29,480 nt of DNA from assembly GCF_006345805.1 (NCBI RefSeq), contig NW_021832914.1, forward strand, positions 1 through 29,480, read 5' to 3'. Origin of the DNA: Octopus sinensis. Taxonomy: Eukaryota. Of the stretch, positions 1 through 9,793 are shown one piece after another. Within the stretch, counting starts at the first letter, position 1. Each line of letters opens with the position of its first letter. The notes under the pieces are model-generated. The model worked only from the letters and a program-made list of their open reading frames with translations. It was not told where the DNA came from and did no database searches. Position numbers and translations under genes: made by a program.

Positions 1-49
1 ACAGTAGAATACATTTATGGTCAAGGTAGTTTGCATTTCAATTATAGAG

Positions 50-51
<2 letters not shown>

Positions 52-93
<42 letters not shown>

Positions 94-96
94 TGT
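52..96. repeat. (TG)n microsatellite
   Basis: Direct reading of the sequence. Confidence 0.97.
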
Positions 97-460
97 TCTA
101 ATTATAACGTTTCAATTTTTTATTTCCATCAAGCATGAGCAACCTTTTGCGAAAGACGGGTCGCATGAGACATGGCTCATCATTAGGTGGGACGCAACGT
201 GAGTAAGTATGTATAGGCATCTCCCACAATATTGTAACATGATTTCGCACAAACGGGAACTGTTATGCACGACTAATAATTTCGGGATACGGTCTAAAAT
301 TTCGTTCTTACGAAAACTCGTATAAACTCTTAAAAATTTTAAGAATTTAAAAGCAAGACTTTCTTTTCTTATCGAAAATTCCGCTTCTCGGCATTTTAGC
401 TAAGACCACAGTAGTTAAGAGTTTGAAATACTCTAATCACGGTACTTACATACTCACCTA

Positions 461-463
<3 letters not shown>

Positions 464-532
<69 letters not shown>
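464..532. repeat. (CA)n microsatellite
   Basis: Direct reading of the sequence. Confidence 0.98.
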
Positions 533-535
<3 letters not shown>

Positions 536-851
536 GACGCTGACACACACTGCTCTCTAAACTGAAATGCAAATTTTCGAGGCAAAAAATATGTTCCTTT
601 TCGTAAGTTAGCAGTCGCCTCTGCTGGAAATAAAGTAGAACAATGACTGTTCTGAAGACGGTTATTGAGGCAGAAACATGTATCCATAACTCAGTCCTTT
701 TTCTAAAGCAACAGACCTTTTTTTTTTAAAGCATGACAATTTCAGAGGACACTTGATCCTTGTTATTACCGCCAAATCCCACAAGTTTTATAAATAGCAC
801 TAATCTTGCTCTCCCTCAGTGCTGTCGCTCTGAGGTAGAAAAAGAAGAGAA

Positions 852-1693
852 GTATTGTATGTTCTATGGAGTGTTGCATTGTGTAGTGGCATGCAGTATG
901 GGTTAGGTTGTAGTACAGTGACTGAGGCGGTGAGCTGGCAGAAACATTAGCGCGCCGGGCGAAATGTTTATCGATATTTCGTCTGCCGTTACGTTCTGAG
1001 TTCAAATTCCGCCGAGGTCGACTTTGCCTTTCATCCATTCGGGGTCGATAAATTAAGTACCAGTTACGCACTGGGGTCGATATAATCGACTTAATCCGTT
1101 TGTCTGTCCTTGTTTGTCCTCTCTGTGTTTAGCCCCTTGTGGGTAGTAAAGAAATGGGTATTTCGCTCGTTTTCACGTTCTGAGTTCAAATTCCGCCGAG
1201 GTCGACTTTACCTTTCATCCATTCGGGGTCGATAAATTAAGTACCAGTTACGCACTGGGGTCGATATAATCGACTTAATCCGTTTGTCTGTCCTCGTTTG
1301 TCCTCTCTGTGTTTAGCCCCTTGTGGGTAGTAAAGAAATAGGTATTTCGCTCGTTTTCACGTTCTGAGTTCAAATTCCGTCGGGGTCGACTTTGCCTTTC
1401 ATCCTTTCGGGGTCGATAAATTAAGTACCAGTTACGCACTGGAGTCGATGTAATCGATTTAATCTCTTTGTCTGTCCTTGTTTGTCCCCTCTAGGTTTAG
1501 CCCCTTATGGGCAATAAAGAAATAATAAAGAAATAACAATGACTATGGCATGAGCTGTGTTGTTTCGTTTTATCGTCAATGTGTTGCTGTGAGAGCTAAA
1601 TGTGTTTGTGTGCATTTATTTACGGTTGCTATATGGTCTGATCTTGATGTGTGTCTGTTGTATAGGTGCGTGCGGGAGGGCGGGGTTGTGTCT
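852..1693 (+). repeat. Copy 1 of a ~220-bp dispersed repeat (852-924 plus 1546-1693), split by the SINE trimer
   Basis: Both halves align colinearly with the uninterrupted copy at 4094-4317 (e.g. gtatgttctatggagtg...; gttgtataggtgcgtgcgg...gttgtgtct). Confidence 0.9.
925..1535 (+). mobile_element. tRNA-derived SINE (family A): head plus three tandem 184-bp 3' units, with a 10-bp TSD
   Basis: Head GGCGGTGAGCTGGCAGAA (A-box-like) and GAGTTCAAATTCC (B-box-like). Units start at 973, 1157 and 1341. The tail ends in (AATAAAGAAAT)2. Flanks are ACAGTGACTG (915-924) and ACAATGACTA (1536-1545). Confidence 0.92.
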
Positions 1694-1906
1694 GTACTAT
1701 TTTAATAACAAGACAATTACCAATCGAAACTAGTCGAGCTGTTCTGAGTTTCAAACAGTAGAATAAATCTTGTAGTTTAAGCACAGTGTTTACATAATAA
1801 GGCTGAAATTTATCAAACATACGAATGCGAAATTATTCACGTAAGACATCCACGTACGCATGAGCTACCTCGATAATTATATTATTAAATTTTATGATAC
1901 ATATTA

Positions 1907-2122
1907 GGGCGCCGAGCTGGCAGAAATGTAAGCACGCCGGGCGAAATGCTTATCGGTATTTCGTCTGCCGTTACCTTCTGAGTTCAAATTCCGCCGTGGT
2001 CGACTTTGCCTTTTATCATTTCGGGATCGAGAAATTAAGTACCAGTTGCGTAATGGGTCGATCTAATCGACTGGCTCCCTCTCCCAAAATTTCGGGCCTT
2101 GTGCCTAGAGTAGAAAATATTA
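1907..2122 (+). mobile_element. tRNA-derived SINE with the family A head/core and an alternative 3' tail
   Basis: Aligns with 926-1095 up to gtcgatctaatcgact, then continues with a different tail (ccctctcccaaaatttcgggccttgtgcctagagtagaaaa). Confidence 0.88.
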
Positions 2123-2708
2123 TATAATATATATTTGGGTTTGTATATGTATGTATGCATGTAATATGTTTGTACGTACGCACACATGCATGTATGCACG
2201 AACGTAAATGTATGTAGCTATGTATGAGTGTGGATAGATAGATAGATATGGGTGGATTCGTGAGAGAGCATGTCTCTGTGCGTGCGCGTGTAGTATATAT
2301 ATATAGAGAGAGATTCATATACATGAACGAATGATTTGTTTTGAAATTTGCTTCTTTTTATTTTGTTTTGTTTCTGTTTTTATTTTGCTTTGTTTGGTTT
2401 TGTTTTTTCGGGGTTCTTTTTACGTATGAATCTCGAACAAGAGATGGTTGGGTGAGGAGGCTAAAAAGTTTCCCTTACACTCAAGAATCCCAGCCCCTTT
2501 TCCACCCAACACCCTCAGAAAAGAAAAACAAATAAACAAGGAAAGAGACAACTTATACGTAAATACTAAAGAACCTAAATTTGATGAACAGAAGGAATTT
2601 TGGTAGAGAAGAGATGAAAACCAAAAGACAGAAGCTTAAGAACAGTGAAGGTGAGTGGTTCGGTGCATGATGTAGACTGTGTCGTACGGTATGTGTGTGG
2701 TATGGTAT

Positions 2709-2788
2709 GTGAGAAATATGATATGTGGGAGGTACGGTACGTGAGAGGTATGATACATGAGAGGTACGGTATATGTGAGGTACGGTGT
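2709..2788. repeat. Minisatellite, 5 x 16 bp (consensus approximately RTGAGAGGTAYGRTAY)
   Basis: Units at 2709, 2725, 2741, 2757 and 2773, e.g. gtgagaggtatgatac and atgagaggtacggtat. Confidence 0.85.
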
Positions 2789-2808
2789 ATGGTACGTGCT
2801 GTTCAAGG

Positions 2809-2960
2809 TAAGACTTTAAACTACATCCAGTGGTGAGGTCCTAGTTCGGGAGTTTTGGGATGTTGAGGTGTGCGGAATCACCTCTTAGCCACTATTGTTT
2901 TCAGATCTGTTCTGACCCGGAGCAGTAACACCTATCAGGGTTCCCAGCTAAGGGGTTAAT
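2809..2960 (+). mobile_element. Degenerate interspersed-repeat fragment of unclassified family
   Basis: Resembles, from memory only, a common cephalopod repeat (ggtgaggctccag...ctctgacccggag...cctgttagggtccc). No second copy in this window. Confidence 0.4.
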
Positions 2961-3004
2961 TAGCAAGCCAGTTGCGTAGAAGGAGTTCGTTAGCCTGAGT
3001 AGGT

Positions 3005-3702
3005 GGTGGGTGGCAAGCCATTCTAGCGAAAATAAAACTCTGATTCCAAGAATGCGTTGCCTTGCGGCCATACATAGTCTTCGAGAGAAAAACCTGAGGA
3101 AAAACCAGGTGTAGGAACCCCTAAGAGAGTTCGATGTTGTCTACTACCTCGTTCTGGCAACTACCTCGGCAACGCTCGTGCCGAACTGTAAGGGCCAGGC
3201 TGTAACTTTGGAGCCTTTAATGACGTGAAATTGGTGGAGATACACACGGCTTGAGCAAAAACTTGTACTCCATAGTATGCTGTACAGGTTTGGATCCTAT
3301 GAAAAGCTCTGTATTGGGGAGACTGATGGATGCAGCAAGTTAAAAGGTGGAACTGCGGGAAACAACGCTACAACTCAAACAGCACCGAGACAGCCCCACA
3401 AATGTGGCTTGTGTGGCGGAGACAACCATTCGCAGAGAAAACACGCTTTGTGGACAATAACCTGTTCTTCATAGCATACTGTTCAGAGTTGGCCGTTATT
3501 AAAATCCCTATATCGGAGAAGCTGATGAATTCAGCGGTGGATCCGCACGAAACAACACTACAACTCAAATAGCACTGAGACAGACCCACAAGAATGATCT
3601 GTATGACAGAGACTACGATCACATATCGGACTGTTCAACCACAGACAGCGCTGTCCGAGGGGTGAAAATACCCATGATCATTAACGACAGACGGAGGCCA
3701 TA
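3005..3702 (+). mobile_element. Non-autonomous RTE-clade LINE derivative: 5'UTR-like segment joined to a duplicated ORF C-terminus and 3' end
   Basis: Translates to NNATTQTAPRQPHKCGLCGGDNHS, and in the second copy to NNTTTQIALRQTHKNDLYDRDYDH/IGLFNHRQRCP. This matches the RTE C-terminal Zn motif HxCxxCxRxCHSRIGLxSHxRxC. It ends in an RTE-like 3'UTR (cccatgatcattaacgacagacggaggcca). 3005-3200 resembles RTE 5'UTRs (aaaactctgattcc...ccttgcggc...gttctggcaact), from recall. Confidence 0.7.
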
Positions 3703-3729
3703 TCATGCGGCTGTAGTATGCAGCATGAC

Positions 3730-4050
3730 ACTCACAAATTAGAACGTCGTGGTCACAATCATAAGGAAGTGAGTTCGGTTCCCGGACCGGGCTATGTGTT
3801 GTGTTCTTGAGCAAGATACTTTATTTCACGTTGCTCGAGTGCATTCAGCCGTAGAAATGAGTTGTGACGTCACTGGTGCAAAGCTTTTGCCTTTCTCTTT
3901 CCCATAGATAATATTGGTGGCGTGGGCAGGAGAGGTTGGTGTGCGTGGGCGACAACTTGTCTTCCATAAACAACCTTGTCCGGACTTGTGCCTTGGATGA
4001 AAACTTTCTAGGTGCAATCCCAAGTCACTCATGACCAAAAAGGGTCTAAG
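3730..4050 (+). mobile_element. tRNA/CORE-type SINE (family C, RTE-like tail) with a perfect 15-bp TSD
   Basis: AGTATGCAGCATGAC occurs at 3715-3729 and 4051-4065. B-box-like gagttcggttcc and CORE-like ttcttgagcaagatactt. The body aligns with the minus copy at 20231-20441. Confidence 0.88.
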
Positions 4051-4093
4051 AGTATGCAGCATGACGCGTGGTATGAGATATAGTGTGTGTGTG

Positions 4094-4317
4094 GTACTGT
4101 ATGTTCTATGGAGTGCTGCATGGTGTTATAGTATGCGGTATGGGCCAGGCTGTAGTACAATGACTGTGGTATGAACTGTGTTGTTTCGTTGTGTTGTCTG
4201 ATGTGTTGCAGTGTGGACCAAATGTGTTTGCATGTATTAATTCACGGTTGCTGTATGTGTGGTCTGAGCTTGAAGTGTGTTTGTTGTATAGGTGCGTGCG
4301 GCGGGGGGGTTGTGTCT
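4094..4317 (+). repeat. Copy 2 of the ~220-bp dispersed repeat (uninterrupted, empty insertion site)
   Basis: Aligns with 852-924 plus 1546-1693 and carries a single ACAATGACTG at 4157-4166. Confidence 0.9.
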
Positions 4318-4457
4318 ATGAATGATTGTTGGTGAACGGTGGCGTATGGGAATGAGGGAAGGTAGTTTGGGTAAAAGATGAATGAGAAATTGAGTGGGCC
4401 AGGAAGGTGAAGAGTAATGGTGGGTAGAAAGACAGGGAGGGTTGGAAGTTAGACAGT

Positions 4458-4522
4458 GTGGTGCTGCTGGTGGTGGTGGTGGTGGTGGTGGTGGTGGTGT
4501 TGGTGGTGGTGCTGGTGCTGGT
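4458..4522. repeat. (GGT)n microsatellite
   Basis: Direct reading of the sequence. Confidence 0.95.
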
Positions 4523-4599
4523 GGAGAAGTGAAAGGTGAGTGTCAGAGAAGATAAATGAGAAAGCGGCGACTAAATTGTATGTGTACATACGCAGAGAA

Positions 4600-4701
4600 T
4601 ATATGTGTGTGTGTGTGTGTATATTTGTGTGTATGTGCGTGTGCTGTGTGTGAGCGCGCGCGTGTGTGTGTGTCTCTCTATGAATGTGTGAAGATATATA
4701 T

Positions 4702-4750
<49 letters not shown>

Positions 4751-4931
4751 ATGCATGTATCTATATGCATGTATGTGTGTGCGCGAGTGCACATAAAATA
4801 ACTTCATAGACAGACACAAATTGATACAGGGAGATAGAAAGAGTGATATATATAAATATATATATATATATATGCGTGTGTGTGTGTATGTATGTATGTA
4901 TGTATGTATGCACACATGCATACATACAGTC

Positions 4932-5023
<92 letters not shown>

Positions 5024-5170
5024 GCATACATACATACATATATATTCATACATTTATATACATACATACAGACAGACACATACATACATACATACATACA
5101 TACATACATACATACATACATACATACATACATACATACATACATACATACATACATACATACATACATA
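4600..5170. repeat. Compound microsatellite block (TG, TA, TATG, GATA, CATA)
   Basis: Direct reading; pure (GATA)n at about 4932-5023 and (CATA)n at about 5078-5170. Confidence 0.97.
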
Positions 5171-5419
5171 GAAAACTAACTGAACGAAATCCACAAAAAA
5201 TTCTGTTAGAATATTGAGGGAATCGAATAAGAGGAAATGTGTAATATCATCTAATTACAGAGATGATGGCGTTGGTGGTTGTAATAGTGGCGGGGGAGGG
5301 GACATCGCCGTCGTCGTGTTTGTCGTCGTCGTCGTCGTCGTCTTTGGGAGGGAAAATGGCCGAATGTTGATTAACGCAAAGAAATGCTTAAAGAAGGGGT
5401 TGAAAAAGTCTGAAGAAGT

Positions 5420-5965
5420 AGATTGAAACGTGAAAAAGTGGAAGAAGAATGGAAGTCCATGAACGAAGATTGATGAAACAATGAATAAAGAGTGAAGAGA
5501 TGAGTGATCGTGTACGAAGAGTTAATGAAATGAATGACAATGGATCATGACTGAAGGAATGAAAACTGGTGAATGAAAATTGAAGAAATGATTGACAGTG
5601 TATGATGATTGAAGAAATGTAAGGACTATCAATGAAGATTTATAAAATCAATGACTGAAGGGATGAAAGATAATGAATGGAGACTGAAGAAATAAAAGGC
5701 AAATATGAATGAAGATCAAAGAAATTAATGACTGTGAATGAAGACTGATGAAATTAATGAAAATAATGTAAAAAAAAATGAAATGTGGGGAATAATGTTT
5801 GAAGTGAACGACGTTGAACAAAAAAATGTAATGAGCGACGTTGAATAATGAATAAAAAATGGAGATCAGTGAATGATAAATGAGATGAAAGACAGTGAAT
5901 GACGAAAATAAATTCGAATGAAAATGTATTCGGCAAAAATAGAAAACACATAAAACGATGAATGA
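5420..5965. repeat. Low-complexity A/G-rich region (degenerate TGAA/ATGA motifs)
   Basis: Very C-poor plus strand with recurring gaatgaa/tgaag motifs and no clean period. Confidence 0.6.
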
Positions 5966-5991
5966 TAATATTTTTTTCTATTATAGGGGGC

Positions 5992-6149
5992 TACATTATT
6001 TACATTATTTACAATTGATGGATATTTGTCCTCCTCTTGTTTGTTAACACAATGTTTCGGTTGATATACCCTCCAGCCTTCATCAGGTGTCTTGGGGGAA
6101 ATTTCGAACCTGAGTTCTCATTCCTAAGGTACTTTTCGATGTTGTTATT
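5992..6149 (-). mobile_element. Penelope-like element terminal (pLTR-like) fragment, inverted copy
   Basis: 6063-6149 is the reverse complement of 7172-7257, differing by 1 substitution and 1 indel. It contains the CTGATGA...GAAA motif typical of PLE termini. Confidence 0.7.
6046..6091 (-). ncRNA. Minimal type I hammerhead ribozyme motif (degenerate copy)
   Basis: Minus strand reads GACAC-CTGATGA-A-GGCTG-GAGGGTATAT-CAACC-GAA-ACAT-T-GTGTT. Stem I is GACAC/GTGTT; the core is CUGAUGA...GAAA; stem II is GGCTG/CAACC with one mismatch; the short stem III ACAT would be palindromic ACGT if one G>A change were reverted. Confidence 0.65.
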
Positions 6150-6233
6150 ACTAACCCAAGATTCCGAGTTCGATTCCAGGCAGTGACCTGAATAATAATA
6201 GTAATACTACTACTACTACTACTACTACTACTA

Positions 6234-6291
<58 letters not shown>

Positions 6292-6292
<1 letters not shown>

Positions 6293-6399
6293 GAGTTTGG
6301 TTTAATGGCTTACCAATGTATACTATGAGTTTCTTTGCCCTAGGAGTCGGGAAGACACTCGGCAAGAAATGGAAGCAAATTTGAAAGAAGAAAAAAAAA

Positions 6400-6400
<1 letters not shown>
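6292..6400 (+). mobile_element. Short 5'-truncated retroposon 3' end inserted in (AAT)n
   Basis: Unique 109-bp segment ending in an A-run and flanked by (TAA)n on both sides. The LINE assignment is inference. Confidence 0.55.
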
Positions 6401-6450
<50 letters not shown>

Positions 6451-6490
6451 TAATAATAATATAATAATAGTAATAATAATAATAATAATA

Positions 6491-6543
<53 letters not shown>

Positions 6544-7098
6544 GCCTGCTGATGCAGTACCAGGCAGTGGCTCTCATGGCTTCTGATCTTAACTGATTGG
6601 AAGTGTTATCATGTACATTGTTTTGTCTTGGTATAAAAGATGGGCTACAGCAAATATTCTGCTCATACCACAGATTTGCTTGTCAGTTGTTTGACCTTAA
6701 CCAGTTGAGCATGCCCCTTAGTGGCTGACGATATGTGCATCTCTGATCACGAGCAGAAGTAGTGGGGGAGCATCATAGCCACGTGTTGAGAGGGATTCTT
6801 TGGGGTTTGAATAACTCACCTCTGGAAACATGGGTGGTTCTTTCAACATCCTTAAACAACCCTTATTCAGGGACCGTTTGAGCGGGATGGGCTACTCAAC
6901 CTGAAGAAAATTCTAACTAGGCCCCACCTGCAAGGTCATGTGCTGTTTATCTTGATATGAGATCACCATGTCGCGCACATATGGTTGTGATGCATGTGCC
7001 TGGTGTACCCTTATCAGACGGGTAGTCATGATGGGTATATTGGGCTTCGTATATTTTACCCCACTGTCACTTTTATGGCATGAACTGCTCTCTTACTC
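6544..7098 (+). mobile_element. Retroposon 3'UTR-like segment inserted in (AAT)n
   Basis: 555 bp of complex sequence bounded by (AAT)n on both sides. Resembles, from recall, a very abundant octopus repeat. Confidence 0.6.
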
Positions 7099-7168
<70 letters not shown>

Positions 7169-7274
7169 AACAATAACAACATCGAAAAATACCTTAGGAA
7201 TGAGAACTCAGGTTCGAAATTTCCCCAAGACACCTGATGAAGGCTGGAGGGTATATCGATTCTGGTGGTGGGAG

Positions 7275-7742
7275 TAAAAGACTGGATTTGGTCTCAGAAC
7301 ATAAAGCGTCAGAGGATATACTGCAACGCTGAAACGATTCTCCTTGCTAGCAGTCTTAACGAATCTAAATAATGGTACTTTATTTTGTAACTCCGAGAAG
7401 ATAAAGGCAAAGTTTTCCTCGACGGGATTTGAACTCAGAACGTAGAGTGCTCAAAGAAATGTCGCTATGCATTTCATCTGAAGCGGTAACCATTCAACAA
7501 ACGCGCTGCCTTAAAAGGGATTATAAAAACGGCTTCTAGTTTTGGCACAAAGCCTACAATGTTTGGGGGCGGGTTTCGGGGGTCAGTCGATTATATCGAC
7601 TTCTGTGTTCAACTGCTACTTGCTAAAAGGATGGAAGGTGAAGTCGACCTCAACGGGGTTTGAACTCAGAACGTGAAGTGAACGAAGAAATGCCACTAAG
7701 CAGTTTGTTCGACGCGCTAATGGTTCTGCCAGATCCACCGCC
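7275..7742 (-). mobile_element. Three adjacent degenerate family A SINE remnants (about 7275-7350, 7370-7512, 7535-7742)
   Basis: Each contains a variant of gatttgaactcagaacgta (reverse complement of the B-box region), and the later two also contain aaaggcaaagtcgacctc-like sequence. Confidence 0.75.
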
Positions 7743-8066
7743 TTGGCGGTGTAGGTGGTGGGTGGAAGCTGCAGAAATCTAATAATGGAAGGGTCGGAAC
7801 GATAACGAAGTAATAAATGAAAGATACGGAATGAATTTGAAATGAAGAAGAAAAGGAAAGAAAATGGAGGATTAATAGAATGGCGGTGAGAGGGAGGAAG
7901 AGGAAGGGAGGGAGGAAGAATAGTTGATGCCGGAAAGGAGAAGTAATAGAATGAAAAACATAATGAAAGAAGGATGGAAATGAATGAAACTGTGGGGAAA
8001 AAATATATAAAGATTTGAAGAAGAAAATTTTTGAAAATATTCTGAAATGGATAAAAGAAACGGAAA

Positions 8067-9655
8067 TGATGGTAGTGGTGGTGGTGATGGTGGTGATGGT
8101 GGCAGTGGTGGTGGAGGTGGTGGTAGTGGCAGTGATGGTGGTGATAGTGATGATGGTGATGGTGGCAGCGGCGGTAACCATCACTACCACTATCACCATT
8201 AACAACAACATGGTGGCAGTGGTGGTGGAGACGGCAGTGGTTGTGGTGATGATGGTAATGGTGGTATTGGTGGTGGTAGTGATGATGGTGATGGTGATGG
8301 TTATGGTGTTCATGGTAATAGTGGTAGTGATGGCGGTGATGGTCGTGATGGTCGTGGTGGTGGTGATGGCAGTGGTGGTGGTGGTGGCGGTTGTGGTGGT
8401 TGTTGTGGTCGTGGTCGTGGTGATTGTGGTGGTGACTGTGGAGGTGATTGTGGTGGTGATTGTGGTGGTGATGGTAGTGGTGGTGGTGGTGGCGTTGGTG
8501 GTGGTGATGGTGGTGGTGGTGGTTGTCGTCGTCGTCGTAATGTTGGTGACCATCGCCACTAACACCATCTCCTCCACTACGATAGTAGCCACCAACACAG
8601 CCACCACCGTCAACACAACCAACACCAAAACAACTACTACAACCACAACCGCTACCACCGCAACCACCATCATCAATACAACCACCAGCACCACCACCAA
8701 CACAACCATCACCACCACCACTACCACTACACCATAGCCAACACAACCACCACCAACACAACCACAACTACCACAACCGCCGCCACCGCAACCACCATCA
8801 TAAATACAACTGCCAACACCACCACCAACAGCAACACCAACACCATCATAACCACCACCACTACCACCACTACAACCAGCAACTCCACCAACACTTCAAC
8901 CTAACACAGTAACTACCAGCACACTACTACAACATTACCACACCACAATGATCACCACCACCACCACTACCGATACAGCAACCACTAACAACACGTCACC
9001 TTTACAAATAAACTACTACCAAAACAACTACCATCATCAGTGACAACCACCACAACCTGCACGATGCTAACATTCTACCAACACACCACCATAAGCACTA
9101 CCACCTCAACCAACACACTACTACAACATCAACCACCACCCCGTACTAAAAAAATCACCAGAGTACTATGATCCCTACAAACACACTTCCTCAACGCCAG
9201 CACCTCCACCGATACCACCACCACCACCACTAAAATCGCCAACAGCGCCATCGCTGCCACCATCATCACCACGGCAATAACCAACAGCACCATCACCACC
9301 ACCACCACCACCACTACTATAACCAACAGTACCATCACCGCCACCACCACCACTACAATCGCCAACAGCGCCATCGCCACCACCACCACCAATAAAATAT
9401 CGCCAATAGCACCACCACTGCCACCGCCACCACTACCAATCGCCAACAGCGCCATCGCTACCACTGCCACCACCACCACCACCACCACCACTACCACTAC
9501 CACTACCACCAAAACCATCAACAACCACCACAGCCGCTGCCATTACCACAAACACCACATCCATCACAACAGCCGTCAGCATCACCCACCCTCCACTAAC
9601 CACCACCACAACCACCATATCCATCACAACCACCACCACCACCATCGTATCATAG
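8067..9655. repeat. Long degenerate triplet repeat: (GGT)n-type 8067-8548, switching to (ACC)n-type 8549-9655
   Basis: Direct reading; source of the 383, 336 and 240 aa His/Thr/Val ORFs. Confidence 0.95.
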
Positions 9656-9744
9656 ACGCTGACAGCCAAATTCTTCAATCTTTTGTTTTTCTTTTTATCT
9701 AATCTTTCCAGTTTTTTTTATCTCGTAATTTCTTTTGGTGTACA

Positions 9745-9793
<49 letters not shown>

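Larger units (their letters stand above)
6148..7257 (+). mobile_element. Direct-orientation partner: B-box-like segment, (AAT)n tract with nested inserts, and a truncated PLE terminus
   Basis: GAGTTCGATTCC at 6166-6177, then (AAT/ACT)n tracts. The terminus resumes at 7172 and stops at 7257, before the GAAA half of the hammerhead. Confidence 0.55.

Noticed and set aside
130-200. CAAGCATGAGCAACCTTTT as a hAT/Charlie-type TIR
   Set aside because: No matching opposite end or TSD was found in the window.
973-1524. 184-bp repeats as a CRISPR array
   Set aside because: The units are contiguous SINE segments with no unique spacers, the context is eukaryotic, and there are no cas genes.
5420-5965. 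A/G-rich stretch as a Glu/Asn/Lys-rich coding exon
   Set aside because: Frequent TGA/TAA stops on the plus strand; it is better explained as decayed low-complexity sequence.
7616-8767. 383-aa His-rich ORF and the overlapping 336-aa and 240-aa Val/Thr ORFs
   Set aside because: They are translations of the (GGT)/(ACC) triplet repeat, open in several frames on both strands, with no domain or splice evidence.
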